Positions 1-12,793 of a stretch of 64,000 bases of DNA are shown here, piece by piece. The first letter of the stretch is position 1. Every line of letters begins with the position of its first letter. A program made the translations under genes and the position numbers. This DNA is from Camelus ferus (Eukaryota), in assembly GCF_009834535.1 (NCBI RefSeq), contig NC_045713.1, positions 26,164,001 to 26,228,000 of the forward strand, in the 5' to 3' direction. The notes below the pieces were generated by a model that saw only the letters and a list, made by a program, of their open reading frames with translations, ran no database searches and was not told the origin of the DNA.

Positions 1-1771
1 TTGATCGAGTCATCTGTCAAACGAGGGCTCACTCATAACATTTTCCCTCCCTACCTACATGGCAGGAAGCATAAAAGTTGACATTATTAAATAGCAATGT
101 CCTTGATCAGGAAGAAGTCCTATTCAAACACAGAGGGTAGTGCTGTCTTAAAAGCTATAATCCACCAAGGTTACATTTGTCGTTTTGTGCCAGCCACCTT
201 GCTTTATTTACTTGACCAGGTCATACTCAAAAGACACCCACAAAACTCAGAAATGCCTTTAAAAGGGAAGGAAACAAGGGTCTTCCCAACTGATAGCAAA
301 GACTACTTAAACAACTCCTGCAGGAAGATCAAGACCTCTGGGCAACGCACTTGGTTCCACCTTGCCCTGGGGCATTCCATTAGCACCACGCTCTGATGTC
401 GAGTCACGCATGTCCTAGGAGATGTGCTGTTTGATTATTCCATTGTTGGCACATCTATGCTGTTACCTAAGCACTGAAATAATGTTTCTGGAAGTCTAAC
501 AGCATAACTGGAAAATACTTAACGTTTCCATATCATATGATAAAAGTAGGTTACATAGTGATCCATACAGAATAGTCATAGCTATATAAAAACAGATGAG
601 CTTATGAAGTATCTGGATGGAAAGACAGTGAAATATGAAGCATAGCCATTTTTGAATGGTGAGAAATGTTTTTTTCTTTTTCCCATACTTTTAGTTTTTT
701 TTCCCCAGATTATCTGCAGTGAGTATGTACTACATATATAACTGTATACATACACATGCATTAAGCATCACTGGAATGTATCTGTATCTAAGAACGTGGA
801 CAGATTTGATAATATAACTTTGGGTAATGGAAGTAGGTTGCAGAATGGTAGATTTTTTTCAATGCTTTCTTTATCTCAGGATCACAGATCACCTGTCCTG
901 AATCACTGTCTTCACCACTGCCCTCTCCTATCTTGTCCCTGATCTTTGTTCAACCAGCCTGCGTCTGCCAGCCAGGACCACCATGGAAACTTCACTCTCC
1001 AGCCTAGAGGCTACTCTGACCTTGCTGCCCTCAGCTTGGGGGCTGCAGGAGGCCACAGATGCGTATGTTTACATATCATGATCGGTGGACTTAACTCTGT
1101 AGTATCACAAGAAGGAGGTACCTTCCCTCTCTCCATCAATTTCCCAGAGCAGAAGGGGACAGGCTGGAGTTACAACTGCCAAAACCATGATAGAAATTTC
1201 CCCTAAGTACATTAACTTAATGGCACGTCCAAATGTGATTACTTTCTGGGTATCTGTGGCTTTTTGAAAAAAGTGCCCAAATCAAATTCTCCCTTTTCCT
1301 TCTTGGCCAATATAGGCCGAGCATCGATGCCTCTTTAACCATCTCTTTCCATTTGCAACCCCTTCCCTCTCTGCTCCTTCCCTTCTATTACAGCCTCTTC
1401 CTTCAGCTACTCAAGATTCCTTGGAGACTTTGCACAGGAGTTCCAAATGCCCCAGGTTTAAGATTCAGGGACACAGGCATATAGTGACCTATATGCTTCT
1501 TTGGCCTCACTGGGAACCTTAGCCAGTTTATGAGTTAATTATCCACCCCCCCACATCCCCAAATGCTAGATGTATTCTAGATACCAATGGTCATTGATGC
1601 ATTTTCACCCAACAAGCACTCACTGAGTACCTACGCTACATAAGACATGGAACTCGGCACTGGGGACATGGGACAAAAAGAGACATACAGTGAAGGCAAT
1701 AGTTGAATTTATAATGAGGACTGTGGAAACAGACCATCCTGGGAACCTTCATTGGTTCTTATTATAACTCT

Positions 1772-1774
<3 letters not shown>

Positions 1775-1806
<32 letters not shown>
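1775..1806. repeat. (GT)16 microsatellite
   Basis: Direct reading. Confidence 0.95.
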
Positions 1807-1807
<1 letters not shown>

Positions 1808-1994
1808 TGGAGTGGCTGTGACTTAACCACACAGACACCTGAGAAATGGTGCCCATGCAATCCCTCAGCTCTCCACCATCACCCAAAAGAAAGGGCGACT
1901 CATAAAAACACATACAGGTAAGGGATCCAATAAATCATCAATTCTCTGGCTCTACAATTTCCCCGTGTGGCCAGTGGAAGTCAGAAAGAGCTGC

Positions 1995-2165
1995 CTTCAG
2001 ATACTGGGTCTGCCCTTAACAAGCGTGGAAACTCAGATGAGTCTCTTCATTCATAGACCTCGGTTTACTTATTAATACACTGAGAAGGCTGACACTTACC
2101 TTGCAGGACACTTGGAAAGACTAAATAAAGTATCTAAAGTGCCTCTCACATAAGTGCTTAAAAAT
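1995..2165 (+). mobile_element. MIR
   Basis: Core gacctcggtttacttatt...cttaccttgcagg...aaagtgcctctcacataagtgc. Confidence 0.6.
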
Positions 2166-3059
2166 GCATTTCCTCTCTCTCTCACCAATGATTTGACAGT
2201 TTAGGGGATTAACTGGCAGTATAGCCATTTCTCTCCACATATCAAACCAGATAATTCTTCCTCCATTTTCTCTTCATGTCCTAACACTCAACTAACAGGT
2301 TAGAAGAAAAGTCAGGTTTCTCAGCTCATTTCCTATTACCTGATTTTTTAGAAGACTGACGTGTGTCCGCAAGACCCCACCATTTACCAGAAGTGAGAAA
2401 CAAAGGGTTGTCCCTGGGAGAATATCACCAAGAAAACAAACACAGTCATGTTGTCTAGCAGGAATCCTTCTTGGAACCAATCAGCCTGCTTCAAAGATGT
2501 CAACCTTTTGGAAATCCAATTGATCTAATCTGTGTTAATATTGGGATTAATGGATCCTAGTAATTTTCTATTGCTTTCGGGTAAATCAAAGACTTTAATT
2601 TCACCTAGAAGCATAGTAAGCATATCCTGTCACCAAGTGGGAAAAGGAAAGTGGCAAGCCACCACCTCCCGCAGGAACCCAAAATGTGAATTTGAACCTG
2701 TTAATACCTGTTTATATTCTTCAGTCAAAAAGTCAATTCTTTTAAAGGCAGTAATTTATGTGGGGACTCATTTTCTCCATACCAGTGTGACTCGGGACTT
2801 GGTGATCTATTGTTTTCAGCTCCAAGACTTCTGATTTGAAAGAATTTAAACTCCTGTTATTGGTTGAGAAGCACAAGAGGCCCTACCTGATTGGCTCTAC
2901 TGAAGCAGAGATGGCATTGTTATCCTAAAGGAGGTGCCCACCGAGGTTACACTCTTTGCTGTGTGCCAGCCACTCTGCTTCCTCCATCTGACCAAGTTCT
3001 GCTCAGAGAACGCCCACCCAAGTCAAACCCTCCTTGGACAACTTTCCCACATTACCTCT

Positions 3060-3485
3060 TCTATTGTCCCCCCAGCTCATCACTTCCAGGCACTGCACTA
3101 GGCTCCCTTCTGTTTTCTGAAGTCACCAAACTCTTTCCTCCCTCAGGGCCTTTGCACCTGCTCCTTCACTATTCTTCCCCAGTTCTTCTCATGTTTGGCT
3201 CCTTCTCCTCCTTTATATGTCACTTTAATTCATACCTGTGTGAGTTAAAGGAGCCCCACGAACCTCAAGTTACTCCCTTACTATGCCGCCTTATTCAGAT
3301 CCTTCATAATGTTCATCCCAGTGCGGAGCTGCCCTTACTGGTTGAGTTGCTTTTTAGCTGTGTGTATTTCTTCACTGCAGGATCCTTGTCTACTGCCTTC
3401 CCTGTTTGCTGATGCATCCCCCATGCTCAGCACTGTGCCTAACACAGAAACAGTGTTTCATGCGTATTTATTTATTGACTAATCT
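3060..3485 (+). mobile_element. L2 3' region
   Basis: ctcagggcctttgcacctgct...cagcactgtgcctaacacag...tatttattgact tail. Confidence 0.75.
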
Positions 3486-3930
3486 ATTCAGAATTTCAAC
3501 CCCTGGGAGGCTGACAACTCCAAAAAGGCTGATGATTATTTATTGAATAATCCATTCAGAGTTTCAACTCCAAAAAGACTGCTCATTGATAAAAAAAATT
3601 TTTTTTCTCCAAACCAAAATGTGCCTTCATTATACATTTAGCAATCATATTTTTAAAAAATTATCTTTATCCCAAGCACTGAGCTCTGGGGATTTGCATC
3701 TTGTATAATAATAACTTAGGTTGGAATTTGGAATTTGGGAGGAAAAGTATCCATTCGCTCATCTGTTCAAGCGTCATCAACACTGGTGTGTCATATTCTG
3801 TGCTTGTCACTGGGGACACAAGGATTAATAAGGCATATTCCCTATATTTAGGCAGCTAATACACCAGAGGGAAACACAAACTGTTAAGCCCATAAAAACA
3901 GGTGAGAAAGACAGACACAGAGTGCTACTG

Positions 3931-4061
3931 NNNNNNNNNNNNNNNNNNNNNNNNNNNNNNNNNNNNNNNNNNNNNNNNNNNNNNNNNNNNNNNNNNNNNN
4001 NNNNNNNNNNNNNNNNNNNNNNNNNNNNNNNNNNNNNNNNNNNNNNNNNNNNNNNNNNNNN
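3931..4061. other. Assembly gap (131 N)
   Basis: Run of N next to an MLT1 LTR. Confidence 0.95.
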
Positions 4062-4265
4062 CTTATGAAAAGAGACACTCCTCTGCTTTCTACCAGCTGA
4101 GGAGTAGACAGCCATCTGCAAATCAGATGGTCCTCATCAGACACCAGATCTGCCAGCACCTTGATTGTGGACTTCCCAGCCTCCAGAACTATGAGGGATA
4201 AAGGTCTGTTGTTTGAGCCACCCACTTGTGGTAATTTGTCACAGCAGCCTGATTGGACTAAGACA
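4062..4265 (+). mobile_element. MLT1 (ERVL-MaLR) LTR 3' part; 5' part lost in gap
   Basis: caccagatctgccagcaccttgattgtggacttcccagcctccagaactatgag...gtttgagccacccacttgtggtaatttgtcacagcagcc...ctaagaca. Confidence 0.85.
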
Positions 4266-4345
4266 TAGAGACATACCCAGGGCACTGGGGAAGTAGGGAG
4301 AACTCACCCAACATGGAGAGGGAATGGTTGAAGACTTAATGGACA

Positions 4346-4492
4346 TGGGGGATAGAGTATATATAGCTCAAGTGGTAGAGTGCATGTTTGGCATGCATGA
4401 GGTCCCAGGTTCAATCCCCAGTACCTCCATTAAAAATATAATTAAATAAATGAACCTAATTACCTCCCCCCAACCAAAAAAAGAAAAAGAAA
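4346..4492 (+). mobile_element. tRNA-Ala-derived SINE (camelid vic-1 type)
   Basis: tRNA-like head with A box (tagctcaagtgg) and B box (ggttcaatcc), body aacctaattacctcccc, A-rich tail; perfect 15-bp target-site duplication aagacttaatggaca at 4331-4345 and 4493-4507. Confidence 0.9.
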
Positions 4493-5084
4493 AAGACTTA
4501 ATGGACAAGCAAGAATTGTCCAGGTGAAAGGAGGAGATCAGAAAAAACTCAGAACAAGAAACAGATCTGCATCCAACAGCAGGCTTTTTCCTTTTGTAAA
4601 TCCCCCACAGGGGTGGTGGTATTTGTGTTATGTTTGCATTTGGTTAGATTATAATCAGTGCCTTGGACTTGGCCATGGAGATTTACGCTTCTCCAAAGGG
4701 TTTATAGATTAGGGAGAACCCTTCATCAGAGGTTCTGATAAAAAAAAAAAAATGTCAGTTTCTCTTCAATCATCATAAAAGAGGAAGTGACACAGATGAG
4801 ATGCTGGCTCGTGTGCGGCTCGTGTGCAGCTGGTGAGCTAGGAGACCCCAGGAGACCAGCGTCACCTTGATCACATCCGAAAGTCGCATGGAAGGTGCAT
4901 GTTGCCTCCCAAATGGAGAGAAGTTTTGAAAATTCTGAAAAGTGTGGATCTGGGAAATAGAAAAGTGGTGGAAGGAAGCGGAAGGTGCAGTTTGGAGTGG
5001 GGGTGGAGAGCAGCCAGGAAAACACAAAAGAAATAATTATTTTAGGGAAGACTGAAGGGGACAGTCAAGTCACTATACTGGCTG

Positions 5085-5275
5085 AGAATATGACGGTGGG
5101 GTCAGATGGCCCAGGGCTTGAGTCCTGCGCCTTCCAGTTACGAGCTGAGTGGTTCGAATGTGCTTCTTAATCTTCCCATAATTCAGTTTTCATCATGTTT
5201 AAAATGGTCAAAACCACATACCTCTATTTCTATTGTTGGCCTTAAATGAATGCAAACCACCTGGTGTAGTTCAAG
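5085..5275 (+). mobile_element. MIR
   Basis: ggcttgagtcctgcgcc...tcagttttcatcatgtttaaaatgg. Confidence 0.6.
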
Positions 5276-5454
5276 GATTTACTCAAGACCTCTATTCAAA
5301 AATTCCTTAAAATATCTATTCTTGTGCATATCTATTATAATAGAGTGTATCTTATATTGCATTTTATTACCATTTTAGAGACATGGTTGTTACCAATGAT
5401 ACAGGCTATTTTAAGGGTTTGGGTACATTCAACCAATAGCATCCCGGGACTCAC

Positions 5455-5660
5455 TTGATTTTGACGAACTTCCGACATGGCACAGTGTTCCTCACACAGG
5501 TCTCGGTCAGCGGGTCTATGTCTTCCACGATGACAAAGGGGGCCTCCTCCAGGGTGACGATGCTCAGATGGTTGTCGTCCGGCTCACAGTCCGAAAAGGA
5601 CTTGTACCTCGGCCACACGGCATGCCTCAGGCTCAGGGTCTGGTTTTCCCACTTGCCCAC
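5455..5660 (-). CDS. GRIN2A: GRIN2A coding exon, 206 nt, ~aa 375-443 (ATD-LBD linker and start of S1)
   Basis: [68 protein letters not shown]; acceptor gtctttgtctttgtgctgcag|GTG, donor AA|gtgagt. Confidence 0.98.
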
Positions 5661-5969
5661 CTGCAGCACAAAGACAAAGACACACCTGTGCCTTCTTGTA
5701 CCGCTGGCTTCTAGACAGACAAGTCCTCCCCCATAAGAGGTAGGGGAGAAGAATCCCATCCTCTTTAGGGCTTTTCTGCTACCTACCTCAACATACACCT
5801 GTGTTTATACACTAAGAAAAATGGGGGTAAAGGGAAAGCAGACCACTGGGCAGCCCCCACATCTTGGACTCTCCCCGGGCTAATTAAATATGGGGGTGGT
5901 AGCTAAGCACTGATGATGTGAGAGCTCCCCGAGTGACTGGAATGTTCCACCAGCACTCAGGACCACTGA

Positions 5970-6180
5970 TGTCATGGAAACAGTATGGACTTTGAGAATC
6001 AGAGAGGTCTGGGCTTCAATCCCCAGTTTGCCACTTGCTAGCTGTACAACCTCAGGCAGGCGCTTAATCACTCTGAACATCTGTTTTCTCCTCTGTAGAT
6101 AGACATAACTCCACCTACTTGGTAACGATGTTGTGGGAATTAAATAAGACAATTCGAGAAAAGCGTACAGCTAAGCGGCC
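5970..6180 (+). mobile_element. MIR
   Basis: ctgggcttcaatccccagtttgccacttgctagctgtacaacctcaggcagg...gttttctcctctgta...gttgtgggaattaaat. Confidence 0.8.
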
Positions 6181-7349
6181 AGCACGCCGTAAGGACTCCA
6201 AACTCTCCCTTTTAAAAGTACAGAAGAGAGACAGTGAGAAGGAGAGAGATTTAAAATGTGCTAAGAAAAAGAAAAAGAGGAAAGGGGAGAGGAAGATGAA
6301 GTCCAAGAGCAAAAAGCAGGGAGGACTGGCGGGAGAGACAACACGGGGGTGGAGGAGGGGACAATGAGATGAGAGGCCTCCCTTCACGCTCAGCTACGGT
6401 CCTATTTAAGTTGCAAATGAAGGTGAACTTTTATTAATCCTGCACAGAGTGGAGACTGCTTAGCATGTATCAAGACCTGTCAAAACAGAATTTATTGTGT
6501 TCCCTCTGAGCTGCAGTCGGCATCTTAGTGAAACCAAATTGAAGGCTGTATGTTTCGAACCTTAATTTTGTTTGACAGCTTATTGGCACTATTCACACAC
6601 ACATTGGAGGAAGCTGCCCCAGCCTCGCACTGTCTCCTCCCTCCTCCTGCTCCCACGCGCAACTGCTCGACACCACGGGTCAGCGCTTTATCTGTAACAC
6701 CAGCCGCAAGGAAAGCACCTCTTCTGAAGAGCTAAGTGCCCCGTCCAGGCTTGTCTGTGTTGACATGACCCACTCACCTCTCTTCCTGTAATGTAAGTGC
6801 CGCCAGAAATGAATCTCAGGCCCTTACCGACAACTCAGACACGCCGGACCCCAGGAGAGGTGAGGGGATGATGGGAGAGAAGAAAATCAGTATTCTCGAA
6901 GATGACCTCATCATTTGCACTGGAAGGTTTTTCACTGCTTGTAGAGAAACTTGCTTTGTGGCCCATTACGAAACTGTCTAGCCCTATCAATATTTTCCCT
7001 TTTAAGTTAGGAGGGGCAGCAGAGCAATTTGACCAAACACACACGTTCATCTCCCCACGCTGTGATGTGTAACAAGAGCTGGAGAGAATGTTGCTCCCGT
7101 CAAAATCTTCATTCATGCAACAGAGATTTATTGAACACCAACTATGTGCTGCCACCAGCCTAAAAACAGTGATGGATATAACAGATTGATTCGTGCCTTC
7201 TTGGAACTATCGGTCCGTGGGACAAAGACCAAACAAATACTAATAAACATGCAAACAGATAAACAGATGTCTTTGGATTTGGAACGTTTTATATGCATCC
7301 CCTTTCTCTCCATCTCTCTTAGAAAACTCCAACATGACCTTCAAGAGGA

Positions 7350-7615
7350 GCTGAGTAGTTTAGTGGGTAAGAGAATGGCTTAGAGAGTCAAACAGAACTA
7401 AGTACTCATCCTGACTTTACCAGTTAGCTGAGCCACCTTGGGAAAGTTGCTTAACCTCTCTGAGCTTCACGTTCTCTATCTGTAAAATGTGGATCACAGC
7501 AGGTATATGCCTTCAGAACTGTAGTGAGACTTGAATGAGCTAAAAACGGACATGAACATTGAGCATAGAACTTAGCATGTAACATACATGACAGCTGCTA
7601 TTATTTTATCATTGT
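7350..7615 (+). mobile_element. MIR (near full length)
   Basis: tagtgggtaagag...ccttgggaaagttgcttaacctctctgagcttc...ctatctgtaaaatg...gctattatt. Confidence 0.8.
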
Positions 7616-7739
7616 TGTAGATAGCATTTAAGATATAGCTCAACTATCACCTAACCTGGACAGGCATTCCTGCCTTCTCTGGTACTACAGAACTTTGCTC
7701 CCATCTCCACCGTAGCATTTGATGCGGTAATTATAACAA

Positions 7740-7950
7740 AGTCACTTTTGAGCACTTCTCCATAGTCAGGAAATGTGCCAATATCACCACTTAGTTCAAT
7801 CTCCACAAATTTCAGATGGTAAGGATTATTATTCCAGTGTCTCAGTGAAACTGAAGCACAGAGAGGTTATGTAACCTTCCCAAACTCACACAGCTAGGTG
7901 GTGGTGGAGCCAGAGCTATGCCATGGAACTGTCTGAATCCAAAGGCACTT
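7740..7950 (-). mobile_element. MIR
   Basis: gaaactgaagcacagagaggttatgtaaccttcccaaactcacacagctagg. Confidence 0.75.
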
Positions 7951-8754
7951 TCTCTCTAGTGCTTTTATTAATTGATCTGCAGTGATCATGTGTAGCTCTA
8001 AGACCCTTTCTTCCTTGCAGAGATAGCTCCTAAAGTCTCGAGATAAAATAAATATGGGCTAGGACTGTTCAGTTAGCAGAATTTTTGGTGATGCCATTGA
8101 CCACATCACGTATACTACACCGTGGGAGGCAAGCAAAAGTTTCAGCCCAAGGCTGACTCATGGAGACAGAATCTGAAAAGGTTTATGAGTTCCCAGAGTG
8201 CAATAACTCCCTAAATCTTCGCTAAGTTCCCCTTTCCTTCCTAGCACGTCTAAGTAAGCACCCCTGGGTCAGCCAAGGAGGGTGGAAGCAAGTGGTGGGT
8301 GGAGAAACTCGATCAAGAAGCTGCTGTGTAAACATTGCCCTAGATCCTGAGAGCTCTCACCTCCTTCTCTGACTCTCATAGGCTCCTACTCCAAACACCA
8401 AAAATCCCAACTCCAAGATGGGGAAAAACAGACATCCTTCACTTTCCCCTCCTATAACTCTCCAGATAAGGGACTCTAACTGAGTCCAGAGTCTGTAGAC
8501 AGGTTTAATGAAAATATATGTATTCCATCAATATTTGAACACGTGGTTATTTCTGGAGCTCAATGGGAAAATGAAGTTCCAGGACCCCTTGCCAAACTTC
8601 TGGTTGGATTTTTACATGATTGAGACAAGGAAGTGCACCGTGCATGTGCTTTGGATACACACACATGCATGTGCACATATGAATCTCATTGACTGGTCAG
8701 GGCAACTTCATCACTACAGGATCCATCTCTTCTCTCTGTCATGTGGCACAGAGG

Positions 8755-9010
8755 GGAAGAGTTCAGAATCAATATCACAGGCTTAGGGGTTAGACAGATA
8801 GGCTCAAATCCCACCACTGCCCTTAGCCATGTAGTCTTGCACAAGTCACACAGTCTGTCTGAATCTCAGTTCCCTCAACCAGAAAATGAAAATACTTCAA
8901 TTTCACATGTTTTGAAGGTTATAAGCAAGATGATGATGGCAAATATCTCTAAACACATAGCTTTTGGCACACAGCAAGTTCTTGATACGTGGTACTATTA
9001 TTATTAATTT
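8755..9010 (+). mobile_element. MIR
   Basis: ggctcaaatcccaccactgcc...tctgaatctcagttccctcaacc...cacacagcaagttcttga. Confidence 0.7.
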
Positions 9011-9559
9011 AATATTTATTAAACCTCCTGTGGGGAAAATGGTGAGCCTTCGTAGCAGAAGCACTAACTGAGGAAGTAGTGACCTGAGCTCCTGCTAGGA
9101 TATGTCCTTGACTTTAATCTCATTGTTTGGGTCTCTGCTCCTCATACAGGGATGAGGGGAGTGGGTTTGGACTAGGTGATTGCTAAGGCCTTGCAGATCT
9201 AAGGTTTCATGCCAAGCCCAGGGAAAGTCGCTTCCACCCCATTCCTGATTTGGATCAGGGCAATGAGCAGATAATTGGAAAAGGGTGAAGGGAGCACTTC
9301 TCACAAGTTGAATTCTAATTCTGGATGGTAGCCATAAGTCAGGGGAGCTTTGCACCTGGAAAGAGAGGTCATCAGAGATGAGCCAAAAGGCATCCTGTCT
9401 CTGAAGTAGGTAGAGTGGTTCTGAGAACCAAGCCAGAAGACCACGGGGGGAAGAATAAGGTCAGTGGAGCCTTCTTGGTTAAGACTTCTCTGCTGCACAA
9501 AAGCCAGTGGTACCCAAAACAGAAGATTCACTCAAAACTGACTCTTCACCATTCTCCAG

Positions 9560-10160
9560 TGGAGCATGGGTTCAAATCCTAATTTGACCAAACCCCAGCT
9601 GTGGTACTTTGGACAATTATATGGCGAAGTCAATAGTTAACATTTATTTGGTGTTTCACTCTATGCTTCCAGGAACTGTGTTGAGGGTTTTTCATGCATT
9701 ATCTGATTCCACCCTCAAAGCAACTCTGGGAGGCTGGTAACTATGATCATCCTCATTTCATGATGAGTCAACTGAAATTCAAAGAGATTAAGTGTCTTGC
9801 TCAAGTCGCATCATAAGGATTAAAGCAAGAATTTAAACTTGGTCCAAGAAAACCCAGGGCACTGCTTATCACTCCCTCCCCCTTTGAAATTTGGTTTCTT
9901 TACACTTTAAAGGTAAATAATAGTGCCTACCTTACAGAATTGCTGTAAGGATTACATGAGATGATAAAAAGGAGTGTTTGTTTCCACTGTTCTGGGAACT
10001 GTAAATATTAATTCATGTAATTCTAAAGACAGACTCATGAATACGATACTACTATTATCATCTCCATTTCACAGATGAGGAAATCGAGGCACAGAGCTTA
10101 AGTAAGTTGTTCAGCTCACATAGTCTGAGAGTGATAGAGTCAAGATCTGAACCAGGACTC
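9560..10160. mobile_element. Cluster of MIR fragments in alternating orientation
   Basis: Minus core at ~9640-9860, plus 3' part at ~9880-10020, minus core atctccatttcacagatgaggaaatcgaggcacagag at ~10040-10160. Confidence 0.65.
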
Positions 10161-10399
10161 ATTTTTAAATCAGTGAAGAAATGCAATGAGAAGTTTTTGC
10201 TGGGGGAAAAAAAAGAAACACTTCACAGTGCGGAAACCTGACAAACACTACATCAGCCGGATGACCGAGGCCAGCGTCAACAAGGATAAGTCATTTTGAC
10301 AGTAGGTCCCCTTGACAGGATGAGAGGACAGTGGGGTTTTGCCCATGTGGTCTTCTTCCCAAACATATAACCTCAGTCTGATCATAAGAAAAATATCAG

Positions 10400-10800
10400 A
10401 AAAATCTCAATTTAGGTAGGTCCTAGCAAATATCTGCCCAGTACTACTCAAAACTGTCAAAGTCATCAGCATGCAAAGGAAGTCTGAGAAACTGTCACAG
10501 CCGAGAGGAGCCCTCTGGAGCCACTGTGACTGAACATAATGTGGTACCATGGATAAGACACCAGGATGGACCAGGAAAAGGACATTAGAATAAAAACTAA
10601 GGGAATCTGAATAAAGCATGGGCATTAGTTAACAGTAATGCATCACCACTGGCTTATTAATCATGACAAACATACCATATCAATGTCAGATGTTAATAAT
10701 TGCAGAAACTGGATGTGAAGTACATGAGAACTTGCTGTATTATCGTTGTAATTTTTCTGTAAGTCTAAAACTATTCTAAAAGAAAAAGGTTATTTAAGTT
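10400..10800 (+). mobile_element. L1MC-family 3' end
   Basis: ctgtcaaagtcatc...gtctgagaaactgtcacagcc...aaaaactaagggaatctgaataaag...ttttctgtaagtctaaaactattctaaaa. Confidence 0.8.
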
Positions 10801-10879
10801 TTCTCTGAATTCCAAAGAAGGGTTTTTTAAAAAATAAAAATAAGAGATACATTCCAGATATATTCCTAGAGAGACAGAG

Positions 10880-11110
10880 TGGAAGAGTTTCGAAGAGTGT
10901 GAACGCTGGAGCCAGCGTCCTGGCTTCAAACCCCAGCTGTGCCACTTGGATAAATTTCGTAACGTCTCTTGACTTCAATTTCATCATCTGAAAAATGGGA
11001 TGGTGATAGTGGTATAGCTCACAGGACTGCTGAGAGGACTAAATTATTTATTATATGTAAAAGCATGTAATAACATAAGAGACATACCCAGAACAGGAGC
11101 AGGGCTATGT
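10880..11110 (+). mobile_element. MIR
   Basis: ctggagccagcgtcctggcttcaaaccccagctgtgccactt...tttcatcatctgaaaaatggg. Confidence 0.8.
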
Positions 11111-11439
11111 GTTGTTACTTTGCTGTTACTTAAATCAATTTTTAAAAAACACTTTTAAAGGGAAGTTCATATTATTCATGTTTTAACCCCATTAAAAACA
11201 TGTCTTGATACTAACTCATTTATTGTGGGCAGTTTTTTTTCCCCCACATCTATGATTTTAGCCAAAAATTAGGATTTTCTTCCCCTTTTTCCCCAGGATT
11301 CTGTAACAGACTTTAGCTATTTTTGCATGTCCCTTATCCATTTCCCTGCCTCCTTTTTTTTTTTTTCTTGTGGTTATATCAATTTTCCTTTGGAGAGATC
11401 CCTGCCTATGATTTAAACAATAAGCACATGTTCATTATT

Positions 11440-11650
11440 TGGCAACTCAGTACATGGAGTCCCCCCAAGCCACAGTGATTGGCTCAGAAATGTTCGTGTG
11501 ACCTAAGCTGAGCCAATGGGAATTTTCCCTGGGACTTTGGCTGGGACTATTAGGATAGAGTAATCACAGCAGAAGAACCTATCAGAGACTGAATACAGAG
11601 TTAAGAAATAGAGAGAAGAGAGCTATAAAGTCATGACTGGCATTGCTTGG
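11440..11650 (+). mobile_element. LTR16/MLT1-like fragment
   Basis: gtgattggctcagaaatgttcgtgtgacctaagctgagccaatgggaattttccctgggactttgg. Confidence 0.5.
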
Positions 11651-12693
11651 GCTCTTATGTCAACAATAAAAATTGACATCCACTGGGCACTTATTATGTA
11701 TTAGGCCCTATTATAAGCACTATTTTAATTCTTATAAACACCCTATGCACAAGAAAAAGGTATGGGCAGATGATTTTATCTCTATCTTGAATTTTTTTGT
11801 ATTTGAAAATAGTCCCAAATTCACCCAAATAGGCTGTCTGGGAGAATTAAAAAAAAAAAAATTTACCTTCAAAATAAACTGAATTTTGGTGATAAACCTT
11901 CAAATGTTTTCAGAAAATAAACTGAAGTTTTGAGGACAAAAAAAAAAACTGACTTCTAATGAGAAAAGTGATTTTGTTCAAAGAAATGTAAAAAGGGGAA
12001 ATTAACTTTGTAATGATTTTTTAAATCTGTTCTTATTAATAAAGTTTAAATGCAGCTCTTTTAGAAAGCTAATTGCTCTTTAGCTCCTAGAAAGTGTTTT
12101 GTGAAAGGGCAGTGATTGCTTATTGAAATGTTCAGCCAATATTTTCTAAGAGCAAAGATAATTTCATCTTCAGAAACTGTCCATCGTAAGTTACTATTAA
12201 CCCCTTCATGTCTGGGTAAATCCAGAGAGATGTCACAGAGGCTGCAAAAGGCTGGAAGAAATGAGGTGAATAGATGTTTGTGGCTCTCCTTTCAAAGAGG
12301 TATGAGTGTTTGATGGTATTTGATCTATTCATAAAATACTTACAAGAGACAATTAAAATCACCTCACAACTGGTCTCCTGGTCTCCCAAGCCATTCCTTA
12401 AAACGTAAATCTAAACCCTAAAATCATAGATCTACCTCTATTCATTACCTTTCACGACTCTTACTGCCTATAGACTCAAATCCAGGCTCCCCGTTACATC
12501 AATGGACCCTACAATGTAGGTCCAGTCAACCCCAGGACACTCTCTCCTCTCTCTCCATCACTTTTTCGATCTCTTTTTCATACACCCTATTCATACTCTC
12601 ACACTAAAATATATCCATGTACACCTTCAAACACTCATATGCCTACACATACTCACATATGTATGCATGTATATATGTGTATACAGTTGACCT

Positions 12694-12793
12694 NNNNNNN
12701 NNNNNNNNNNNNNNNNNNNNNNNNNNNNNNNNNNNNNNNNNNNNNNNNNNNNNNNNNNNNNNNNNNNNNNNNNNNNNNNNNNNNNNNNNNNNN
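12694..12793. other. Assembly gap (100 N)
   Basis: Run of N between (TA/CA)-like and purine-rich low-complexity flanks. Confidence 0.95.

Noticed and set aside
1-5454. Next GRIN2A exon (NNSTNEGMNVKKCCKGFC...)
   Set aside because: No matching sequence on the minus strand; it must lie beyond position 1.
6119-6367. Lysine/arginine-rich ORF resembling a nuclear-localised peptide
   Set aside because: Translation of a MIR end plus a purine-rich low-complexity tract.
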